Source: Spirochaetaceae bacterium (GTDB lineage: Bacteria > Spirochaetota > Spirochaetia > Treponematales > Breznakiellaceae). From it: a stretch of 52,565 bases of DNA. The notes under the pieces were generated by a model. That model made no database searches, was not told the DNA's origin, and was given only the letters and a program-made list of their open reading frames with translations. The position numbers and the translations under genes are program-made. The stretch lies in NCBI GenBank assembly GCA_031290205.1, contig JAITNZ010000098.1, forward strand, positions 1 through 52,565, in the 5' to 3' direction. Each line of letters opens with the position of its first letter. Position 1 is the first letter of the stretch. This document shows, one piece after another, positions 32,401 through 39,699 of the stretch.

Positions 32401-32811
32401 GATTACCGCACGTACCTTGCCTTCGACCTTGAGGTAACAAACAAGGAAGGCGAGTCGCAACGCCTTTCAAGAACGCTGGGTAAAAAATCGGGTGGTGAAA
32501 CGCAAACGCCGTTCTATATCGCGGTGCTTGCTTCCTTTGCCCAGCTCTACCGTATAGGGCGGGATAAAAAATCAAATACCACCCGCATCATTATTTTTGA
32601 CGAAGCGTTTTCCAAGATGGACAGCGAGCGTATCATCAGCAGTATCACCTTGCTGCGTGAATTTGATTTTCAGGTTGTTCTTTCCGCCCCACCCGACAAA
32701 ATTGCCGACATTGCCGTTTTGGTCGACAGAAATCTATGCGTGTTGCGACAAGGCAAGAATGCGTCGGTTCGAGTTTTTGACCCAAGGGGCGGCGAAGCTC
32801 TAACGGACTGA
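29413..32811 (+). CDS. JetC/MksB-like SMC-family ATPase
   Basis: N-terminal Walker A GKNASGKST (aa 30-38). About 900 aa of coiled-coil-rich sequence. C-terminal SGGETQTPFYIAVLASFAQLY followed by Walker B RIIIFDEAFSKMD (SbcC/MukB-like C-terminal head). Confidence 0.8.
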   Translation: MKLLKKLLLINWHYFSHELIEFEKINFLTGKNASGKSTIIDAMQVLLLADTSGNSFNKAASGRSNRTLRGYLLGELGDDEESGFKHLRNGRFTSILAMEFFDEEKKTFFTAGCCFDIFAENDIARMFFRFNGAMPEHQFITGKKPMDIAALRAYIREQFNQSNYFTSDTNQSFRDDFYGKLGGLQSRFSGLLKKAVSFDPNVDIQKFISEFVCDTQQPVDISSLQENIRSYARLELEEKMLEERIKELSGINTIYETFNNHRESALVYGYLIDRARIDIKYIAILNQEKNKQDAEHNIKECKTTIEYEEIRQIKTQSEREELYIQLRNNETAQIVEHLESQIQEKQQECDAIKNNFEKLAAHFSALIEIWMKCIPALCDNPARLLLNMAHPSLRTMIENISEGAQQCIFHIQNINCADPASINSLGEDALQSTIACVDELRSSSLKISSRLEDEAEAVMQKQKTLQAEEKLLEKGIYQFPPSVLDLKEAIAGKLRNKTGGAVDVCIVAEVAEIHQPRWRNAIEGYLNTQKFYLIVAPEHFAIALNVYDAIKRERHIYDTGLVDIEKIEKLQPKTEPGSLAEEITTNKLYVRLFLDYTLGNVMKCEKVSELRRHRTAITDSGMLYHNYVARAINPRRWEKPAIGQMAIEARIQQVKKEIKLAEETLSALNSVLEIMRGVSGIAIPGQSEAQQFSAAASLCSHLPQLEEDIAAIKVQLESVDRSAIETLRERIAALDATLADLKCRLDAHKYKRGVEEEKFRSIIEETLPKLQTDLAEMEEQKNANYNAEWIESTGNPRYEKELSTRENPAAIEQAFPREKTRCEKAKEALWDELKDLRRRYNDKYKMGYDTALETNEAYTNVLLELNENKLPDYRAKIEDARHKAHEQFREDFLSRLQSNFNDAKRQIDSLNKALDNSSFGEDTYRFRIIPKPEYKRYYDMIIDPMLLDGGYNLASEHFNTKYKEEINELFSLITNSEEGKQSKDTADYEKRVQTFTDYRTYLAFDLEVTNKEGESQRLSRTLGKKSGGETQTPFYIAVLASFAQLYRIGRDKKSNTTRIIIFDEAFSKMDSERIISSITLLREFDFQVVLSAPPDKIADIAVLVDRNLCVLRQGKNASVRVFDPRGGEALTD

Positions 32812-32954
32812 ACTGAGCGGTCAAGCTTCCACGAGCCGTGATAGGGAAGCGTGAAGTCGCCCCGTGTTGATCGTGGAAAGCCCGCCTCATCCCACCAGCC
32901 CTCAAGCCACTGGAAGATGTTCCCGCCATTTACAAAAAATTAATCAGCGCTGTC

Positions 32955-34055
32955 CTAAGCTTCCAGACGGGCGATTGCTTCTTTGTATCCGGCGTTGCCG
33001 AGTTTGGCGGCGATCGACGGTATATCCTCAGCTTTGATATTCGTCAGCACGATCCGGTAGTATCCTTCAAAAGTCTCCCACGAGGGGTTTAGACCGGCAT
33101 TGGAAAGGCGCTCAAATGTATCGACCGCATTCTTGGGCTGCTTGAAAGAGCCGATTTGCAGACGGTAGGTTCTGCCCGGAACGATCGGTCCGCCTCTAAT
33201 TTCCGCAGGGGCGTATCGGGCATTCTGATTCGGGGGAACGGCTATAACGGGCATGGGAGGGGCGCGCATCGTGCTTTGTGGCGAGGAACTGCCGGCGGGC
33301 GATCCCGGATAAACCGGAGGCGGTACCACAGGCGCTTGCACCTGTGCGTTTGCCGACGGCGGCAGCGGTTGGTAGGGTACCTGTACTCCCGGATTAACCG
33401 TAAGCGTTGGTGTATTTTCCGTCGGCGCCGATGCGGTCCTTACCGGCTGAATCTGTGTCGGCGAAGCGGCTTCCCCCTGCACCGTCGCCTGTGGAACGGC
33501 TTGAGACGGTACCGGATATCTGTCGGAGCCGCCCGCAACCTCGGAAGCGGGATTCGAAAACGGATAGTAATCCGGCGCCTCGTCTGGGATAGTTGAATTT
33601 GTTGAGGGCGCCGCAGCCACCGGCGCTTCCGCTGCATTTGATGTGTTGGCGCTGGCGCCAAACACGGCGGCAGAGCGCGGGGCAATTTCAATACGAACGT
33701 GGGCGGTGCCGGTTTCGACCATGCCAAGTTGTTCGGCGGCAGCTCTCGAAACATCGATAATTCTGCTCTTTGCGAATGGTCCCCGATCATTGACCTTCAC
33801 CTGAACCTGAGTGTTGTTCAGAATATTGGTTACAGTAAGCACGGTACCGAAAGGCAGGGTAAGGTGCGCCGCCGTGAGCTTGCCCGGGTCGAAAATCTCG
33901 CCCGATGCGGTAGGACGTCCGGCAAATTCGGCGCCATACCACGAAGCCTGCCCTTCCTGCTGAAAGCCGCCGTTTTCCGGCAACGGTTGCGTTTGCGCCA
34001 TAGCAAACATCACAACAAACAAATTACAAGCAAAAACCGCAATTATTTTTTTCAT
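32955..34055 (-). CDS. rlpA: RlpA-family lytic transglycosylase (DPBB domain) with a Pro-rich linker and C-terminal SPOR domain
   Basis: GQASWYGAEFAGRPTASGEIFD...AAH.TLPFGT...V.VNDRGPF (DPBB). C-terminal YRLQIGSFKQPKNA...GYYRIVL (SPOR). N-terminal signal peptide. Confidence 0.85.
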   Translation of the reverse strand: MKKIIAVFACNLFVVMFAMAQTQPLPENGGFQQEGQASWYGAEFAGRPTASGEIFDPGKLTAAHLTLPFGTVLTVTNILNNTQVQVKVNDRGPFAKSRIIDVSRAAAEQLGMVETGTAHVRIEIAPRSAAVFGASANTSNAAEAPVAAAPSTNSTIPDEAPDYYPFSNPASEVAGGSDRYPVPSQAVPQATVQGEAASPTQIQPVRTASAPTENTPTLTVNPGVQVPYQPLPPSANAQVQAPVVPPPVYPGSPAGSSSPQSTMRAPPMPVIAVPPNQNARYAPAEIRGGPIVPGRTYRLQIGSFKQPKNAVDTFERLSNAGLNPSWETFEGYYRIVLTNIKAEDIPSIAAKLGNAGYKEAIARLEA

Positions 34056-34102
34056 ATTAAATATATCGGCATATTTTGCGTAGTTCGTTAAATTTACCGT
34101 AA

Positions 34103-35314
34103 CTACTTAGGCGCCTTGAAATCTGCAAGGCGCACGCACGCTTCTTCAACATCGGAGCGGCGCCCAAAGGCGGAAAAACGGATGAACGATTCGCCTGCCG
34201 GACCGAAGCCGGAACCCGGCGTGGTAACAACATGGCACTTTTCAAGGATGCGCTCGAACATGCTCCAGCTGTCCTGTTTAGGAAAATGCGCCCAAATGTA
34301 GGGCGAGTTATCGCCGCCCACACAACTTATATTGAGCTTTTCCAGCGCCCCGCGTATCAATGCGGCGTTACCAAGATAAAAATCGGTTAACGCTTTTATT
34401 TCTTTGAGTCCTGTATCGCTGAGCGCCGCAAGCCCGCCGGACTGCGCGATGTTCGACGCGCCGTTAAATATGGTGGACATGACCCTCGACCAGTCGGCGT
34501 TGACGCTTTCGCCGCCTGCAAACTTTAGTTTTTTGGGAACGACCGTCCAGCCGAGCCGCACGCCGGTAAAGCCCGCCGACTTTGAAAAAGAATTGACTTC
34601 GAGAGCGCATGAGTCGGCGCCTTCAATGTCAAAAATGGTTTTGGGGAGCGCACGGTCGCGTATATATTCTGAGTATGCGGCATCGAAGATAATCAACGAT
34701 CCTGTTTTAAGCGCCGCCGCCACCAGTGATTGCAATTGCGCTTTCGTTGCCGCCGCCCCCGTCGGATTATTCGGCGAACAGAAGTATATAAGGCTATTGC
34801 TCTCGATTTTCGATAGATCGGGGAAGTAGTCGTTTTCGGCAGTACACGGCAGATAGCTGATGCCCGCATAGCCGTTTGCCGTCGCTCCGCCTGCCGCGCC
34901 CACCAGCACGGAGCCGTCAACATACACTGGATACGAGGGGTCCTGCACGGCGACGTGAACATCGCTGCCGAAGAGCAATTGCAAGCGCCCTATATCGCAT
35001 TTTGCGCCGTCGGAAATAAAAATCTCGTCGATAGCATGCTTATTATCGTAGAACACGGCGTTAATCCGCTTGCGCAGTGCGGGAAGCCCCTCATCCATAT
35101 AGCCTGAATAGCTTTCCGCCGCGCCGAGCATCGTAGCGCCCCGAGCTAGTCCCGCGCAGATATGAGGCGGTAGCGGCTCCGTCGTGTTCCCGACACCCAG
35201 ACTGATGAGTCGCGCTTCGGGATGCGACGTGGCAAACTCCCGCCGCCGCCGTGCAATTTCAGGGAAAAGATACCCCGCCTTTAGGTTCGCACTGTTTTGG
35301 TTTCTCTTAAGCAT
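34103..35314 (-). CDS. dapL: LL-diaminopimelate aminotransferase (DapL)
   Basis: LKAGYLFPEIARRR, ISLGVGNTTEPLP and NSFSKSAGFTGVRLGW (PLP-lysine motif). Start trimmed to the ATG at 35314, 7-8 nt after AGGAGGAG. The track start at 35410 runs into the repeat region. Confidence 0.85.
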   Translation of the reverse strand: MLKRNQNSANLKAGYLFPEIARRRREFATSHPEARLISLGVGNTTEPLPPHICAGLARGATMLGAAESYSGYMDEGLPALRKRINAVFYDNKHAIDEIFISDGAKCDIGRLQLLFGSDVHVAVQDPSYPVYVDGSVLVGAAGGATANGYAGISYLPCTAENDYFPDLSKIESNSLIYFCSPNNPTGAAATKAQLQSLVAAALKTGSLIIFDAAYSEYIRDRALPKTIFDIEGADSCALEVNSFSKSAGFTGVRLGWTVVPKKLKFAGGESVNADWSRVMSTIFNGASNIAQSGGLAALSDTGLKEIKALTDFYLGNAALIRGALEKLNISCVGGDNSPYIWAHFPKQDSWSMFERILEKCHVVTTPGSGFGPAGESFIRFSAFGRRSDVEEACVRLADFKAPK

Positions 35315-35615
35315 AGTTATTCTCCTCCTTAAGGCTGAAAGCGGCTGTGCCGCCCTCAGCGTCATTTTAGCGGAGGGCGGGGCATGAATCAAGCCGCAGG
35401 CGCTTTGCACCCCAGCTACTCCCCATTTGCACCGAATGCGGATTCCCCTGATTGTGCGGCGATTTTTCTAAGAAAAATTCCAGTGCGGGCTCCCGTCATT
35501 GGCAACACACGGAGCCCCCCACCGGGTACCCCCCCGTGTGTTGCCAATGACACCCGCGCGATAACGTCGTTCCTTCCCGAGGAGCGCCGCAAATTTACCC
35601 AAAGTGCGCATTCAG

Positions 35616-36114
35616 CCCAAGCGGTGAGGGCTTTCCGGACGAGGGGGAGAACAGGGAGGATAATTAGCGCATCTGCCATGCTCCTTGCCGCGCACGTTTC
35701 TATAGGGGCTTTCCTGTTAGGCGATAAACGCAACGCCCTCCCAACTCGTCCGAAAAGCCCTCACGCACTTGAGCTGCAGAGGATTATCCTAAACGTAGCG
35801 GGCGGGGCGGGCTTAGCCGACGAACCCTCCTCCCTATTACCACCTTCGTCCGAAAAGCCCGCACCACTTGTGCTGCGGGGAAATTTGCAGACGTAGACGG
35901 TCGGGCGGGGGAGGTTTGCCGAAAAAATTTGCCGAAATAAACTACGCAGAAATAAAATCCCAAGCTACTGCTTGGGATGGAGAAAAAACTACGCAACAAA
36001 TGCCGCCGTAGGCGAGGGCGTCTGTTTTTCGGTAAGCCTTCCCCGCCCGACCGTGCCCCGCGATTAAAATCGCGGGGGTAGCATGAGTGCGGGAGGCGCT
36101 GAAGGCTATTGACC
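35616..36114. repeat. Composite intergenic repeat, locus C (inverted orientation; module 1 abuts the cheA promoter)
   Basis: Unit fragments cgtccgaaaagccctcacgcacttg (~35748) and cgtccgaaaagcccgcaccacttg (~35845) are reverse complements of the locus A/B unit starts. Module 1 is inverted at ~35990-36114, with the hairpin ccccgcgattaaaatcgcgggg. Confidence 0.8.
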
Positions 36115-36137
36115 AAACATGGATTTTTTAGCAAAAT
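36109..36137 (+). promoter_or_regulatory. Candidate cheA promoter (TTGACC-17-CAAAAT), possibly giving a leaderless mRNA
   Basis: TTGACC at 36109-36114 is the terminal hexamer of module 1. CAAAAT lies at 36132-36137. The ATG is at 36146 and no SD is visible. Confidence 0.35.
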
Positions 36138-36145
36138 TGAATTAA

Positions 36146-38515
36146 ATGAGTGATTATCTAGACCCCAATAACGAGGAACTCTTAAAGGATTTCTTCAGCG
36201 AAGCCCAGATGCAGGTAGAGACACTGGAGCAGAATATTTTGCAGCTCGAGAATGATAGCGGCAATCGGGATGCGGTGGACGAAATCTTCCGTGCGGCTCA
36301 TACGTTAAAAGGCGGGGCGGCGACGGTCGAGATGGAAGAACTTGCCCACTTTACCCACCTTGTTGAGGATGTGCTCGATGCGATTCGCTCCGACAAGCTT
36401 GCCGTGAACGAGGATGTTGTCGATGTCCTGCTTGCGGCGATTGACATCGTCAAAGAGATGCTCGGCAAGCGGATGGAAGGCGCAATCAGCGAGGAAGATA
36501 CGTCTGAGGTTGAGGGCAAACTCCACGCGCTTTTGCCGGTTGCGGGCGGCAAAGGCGGGGCAAAGGCGAAGCCGTCGTCCGCAGCAGCTCCAGCGCCTCC
36601 TCCTCCTGCGAAAGCAGCGCCGTCCGCCGCTGCCTCCTCCTCCGGCGCAGGCGCCGCTATCACGGAGGACGAGGCGCGCGAATTACTCGATGCGGGCGGG
36701 GGGCTTCCCGTCTATAAAATTGCCGTTCAGTTTGACGAAAATTCCCTGATGAATACCGTCGGAGGCATTCAGGTTTATGCAACCCTCAAAAATAAAGGCG
36801 CCATCCTCAAAACTGAGCCTGATTTCGACGCCCTCTATGGGGATACTTTCTTTCCGCAGGTCGAGTATTATCTGGCAACAAAAGAAAGCCCCGAAGTGTT
36901 GAAAAAAAACGTCATCCTGCCGGATGTTTCCCTTGATGCCGTTATCACCGATATAAAAAACCTTATCAAATCGGGCGCTCCGGCAGCCGCTCCTGTTGCT
37001 CCCGCCGCTCCCCCTCCTGCACCTCCTGCTGTTGCGGAAAATGCGGAAAAAAAGCCGGCAAAACCTGCCCCGACGAAGGAAAGCGAGGGCGCGGCGGCGG
37101 ACGCGAAGAAAGCGGGCAAGGAGGCGGGATCGATACTCCGCGTCGACTCAAAACGCATCGACGACCTCTTGAACCTCGTTTCAGAAACCGTCATCACGAA
37201 GGCGACCTTCAACCAGATAACCAATCAGTTTGGCGATTTAACCACCGAATTGCACAACCTCGAATCAAAATACCGCGACCGTGTAAAAAATTTATTGGAC
37301 AGCCTTCCCGGATACATCGAAAAAATTCAGCAGGGAAACACGATAAAGGATGTCCGTAAAGAAATGACGGAAGAATTTACCGATACGTTTACGATTTTCG
37401 ACGATTTCGAGACTTCGTTTAAGGGCAACGTCGTGAAATTCCGCTCAACATCGCAGAATCTGGGGCGGATTACCGGCGAATTACAGGAAGGCGTGATGCG
37501 AATCCGCATGGTGCCCATCAGCCAGATTTTCAGCCGATTCCCCCGCCTTGTCCGCGACCTCTCGAAGAGCCTCGACAAGAAAATCAACCTTGTTATCGAA
37601 GGCGAAGAGACCGAGCTGGACAAATCGGTTATCGAAGACCTCCTCGACCCGATCATGCACTCTGTGCGAAATTCCGTTGACCACGGTATCGAGCTGCCCG
37701 CCGAGCGGAAAGCCGCCGGCAAACCGGAAGAAGGCATGGTGCTGCTCAAGGCGACCAACGAAGGCAACATGATCGTCATCGAAATTGGCGATGACGGGAA
37801 GGGTATCGACGTGGATGCAATCAGACAGAAGGCAATTGAGCGCGGTCTGATTCATCCTAACAAGTTGCTCACCGACCCCGAAGCCTTTAATCTGATGTTC
37901 GAGCCCGGTTTTTCGACTGCGAAGTCGATTACTAATATTTCGGGGCGCGGCGTCGGGCTCGATGTCGTCCGCCGTCAAATTGAAAAACTCAACGGCACGG
38001 TAACGGTAACGAGCGAAAAGGGCAGGGGCAGCAAGTTTATCATCAAGCTGCCGCTTACCCTCGCGATCATTCAGGGGCTGCTCGTCCGTGTCGGGCAGCA
38101 GGTTTATTCGATTCCGATTACCAGCGTTATTGAAAGCCTCCGCATCAAACCGGAAGAAATCAAACTGATTGATAACAACGAAGTCTTTACTATCCGCAAC
38201 GATGTGCTTTCGCTGCTCCGCTTGAATCAGCTTTTCGGCATCAAAACAGAGGCTCAGCATGATTATAACTTTATCGTCATCGTTGGCACTGCCGAAAAGA
38301 AAATGGGCTTCATGGTCGATAGCCTTATCGGTGAAGAGGATGTCGTCATAAAGCCGTTGCGCGACCAATACACCAACTCTCCCGGAATCGCGGGGGCTTC
38401 CATACTCGGCGACGGCTCGGTGAGCCTCATTATTGATGTGAACCAACTCCTCGAACTGGGGCTTCATAAAGAGATTGAACACCGGAGGCTGAGGGAGCGG
38501 GATGACAAGGCATAA
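36146..38515 (+). CDS. cheA: Chemotaxis histidine kinase CheA
   Basis: Hpt motif FRAAHTLKGGAATV. Two Ala/Pro-rich linkers. Kinase N box HSVRNSVDHGIE, G1 DDGKGID, G2 GRGVGLD. C-terminal CheW-like domain (ASILGDGSVSLIIDV). Confidence 0.95.
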   Translation: MSDYLDPNNEELLKDFFSEAQMQVETLEQNILQLENDSGNRDAVDEIFRAAHTLKGGAATVEMEELAHFTHLVEDVLDAIRSDKLAVNEDVVDVLLAAIDIVKEMLGKRMEGAISEEDTSEVEGKLHALLPVAGGKGGAKAKPSSAAAPAPPPPAKAAPSAAASSSGAGAAITEDEARELLDAGGGLPVYKIAVQFDENSLMNTVGGIQVYATLKNKGAILKTEPDFDALYGDTFFPQVEYYLATKESPEVLKKNVILPDVSLDAVITDIKNLIKSGAPAAAPVAPAAPPPAPPAVAENAEKKPAKPAPTKESEGAAADAKKAGKEAGSILRVDSKRIDDLLNLVSETVITKATFNQITNQFGDLTTELHNLESKYRDRVKNLLDSLPGYIEKIQQGNTIKDVRKEMTEEFTDTFTIFDDFETSFKGNVVKFRSTSQNLGRITGELQEGVMRIRMVPISQIFSRFPRLVRDLSKSLDKKINLVIEGEETELDKSVIEDLLDPIMHSVRNSVDHGIELPAERKAAGKPEEGMVLLKATNEGNMIVIEIGDDGKGIDVDAIRQKAIERGLIHPNKLLTDPEAFNLMFEPGFSTAKSITNISGRGVGLDVVRRQIEKLNGTVTVTSEKGRGSKFIIKLPLTLAIIQGLLVRVGQQVYSIPITSVIESLRIKPEEIKLIDNNEVFTIRNDVLSLLRLNQLFGIKTEAQHDYNFIVIVGTAEKKMGFMVDSLIGEEDVVIKPLRDQYTNSPGIAGASILGDGSVSLIIDVNQLLELGLHKEIEHRRLRERDDKA

Positions 38516-38549
38516 ACCGTTGCCTGCTCGCGTCCCGCGATTGGACAAA

Positions 38550-39572
38550 TCACGAGACGCAGTCTAAACTGCAAATAGCCGCATATTCCGCGATGGTGCT
38601 TGCGTGCACTATGCGATTTCTTAGCGTCGCCGCGCCCGGGTAGCCTTTGAGGTAGGCGCAGAATATTTTACGCATTTCGAGGCAGGCTTTCTTTTCACCG
38701 AAATCACAGACGAGGAGTTTTAAGTGCCGGAATGCGGTTTCGAGGAGGGCATCTTGCGGGGCTGGCGCGTATGTTCCGTTTAGGAGGAGTGCGCGCGTTT
38801 GCGAAAAGATGAACGGGTTCCCCAGCGCGCCCCGGGCGAACATCACGGCGGCGCAGCCGGTTTCTTCGAGCATCCGTTTGGCGTCTTCGGGGGTAAAGAG
38901 GTCGCCCGAACCGACGACCGGCACCGGTAAACGCGCCGCAAGCTCTTTTATGTGCCGCCAGTCGCTCTTGCCCCCGTAGCCTTGCGCCCGCGTGCGGGGG
39001 TGGAGGCTGACCATCGCGGCGCCGGCTTCGACGGCGGCTTGGGCGCATTCAAGGTAGTTTATCGAATCGGCATCCCAGCCCGAGCGAATCTTTACACTGA
39101 CGGGGAAGGCAATCTCGCAAGGCTGAAGGCGCCTAAGGCACGCACTAACGAGGCGGGCTAGCTTGCGGGGGTCTTTCATCAGCGCCGAGCCCGCGCCGGT
39201 TTTCGTTACTTTGGGCACGGGGCAGCCCGCATTGATGTCGATAAGCGCGGGTTTGAACGGGGATTTTTCATCGAGGAGAATTGCCGCCGCCTGCGCCATC
39301 GTTTCTTCGTTGCTGCCAAAAAGCTGAACTGCATAGTTTAGCTCGTTGTCCGCCCGCCGCAAGAGGGGCATTGTCAGCGCCGCATTACGGACGAGCGCCT
39401 CCGCCGAAATAAGCTCGGTAAAGGTGAAGTCGGCGCCCTGCTCCACACAAAGCGAACGGAACACCCGCTCGGTATAGCCGGCAACAGGAGCTAGGAAAAT
39501 ATTTCCGCTTAAAGCGAGACTCCCGACTTGCACGGGCTGGTAAAGACTCATCATTACATGATACACTATCAT
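38550..39572 (-). CDS. tRNA-dihydrouridine synthase (Dus family)
   Basis: FLAPVAGYTERVFRSLC, INAGCPVPKVTKTGAGSAL (catalytic Cys region), HPRTR and VVGSGDLF. The start is uncertain (M1 versus M7/M8, no clear SD). Confidence 0.85.
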   Translation of the reverse strand: MIVYHVMMSLYQPVQVGSLALSGNIFLAPVAGYTERVFRSLCVEQGADFTFTELISAEALVRNAALTMPLLRRADNELNYAVQLFGSNEETMAQAAAILLDEKSPFKPALIDINAGCPVPKVTKTGAGSALMKDPRKLARLVSACLRRLQPCEIAFPVSVKIRSGWDADSINYLECAQAAVEAGAAMVSLHPRTRAQGYGGKSDWRHIKELAARLPVPVVGSGDLFTPEDAKRMLEETGCAAVMFARGALGNPFIFSQTRALLLNGTYAPAPQDALLETAFRHLKLLVCDFGEKKACLEMRKIFCAYLKGYPGAATLRNRIVHASTIAEYAAICSLDCVS

Positions 39573-39603
39573 AACGTGCCTAGTATATGGATAATTTTAA
39601 GAA

Positions 39604-39673
39604 GCCTCTCACGGAGGCACGGAGGACACAGAGGTTCAGAGCGGGCTATCAAAGCGAAACTCTGTGCCTCTGT
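39604..39673 (+). promoter_or_regulatory. Word-repeat hairpin in the M16 peptidase leader
   Basis: cacggaggcacggaggacacagagg (39609-39633) faces ctctgtgcctctgt (39660-39673). The core stem is cacagag/ctctgtg with a 27-nt loop. It ends 27 nt before the ATG at 39700. Confidence 0.5.
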
Positions 39674-39699
39674 AAGAAATATCATTTTGGAGAATTATC

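Noticed and set aside
32812-32954. Search for a JetD/MksG gene after the SMC-like ATPase
   Set aside because: Only 143 nt of non-coding sequence precede the convergent rlpA. The only ORF (32645-32929, minus strand) overlaps the ATPase 3' end in antisense and has no Toprim-like motifs.
37481-38548. 355-aa minus-strand ORF (also 36298-36663, 36868-37224 and 37327-37779)
   Set aside because: These ORFs lie entirely antisense to cheA, which has unmistakable Hpt, kinase and CheW-like motifs. The translations are low-complexity with no motifs. Long antisense ORFs are expected in GC-rich coding DNA.
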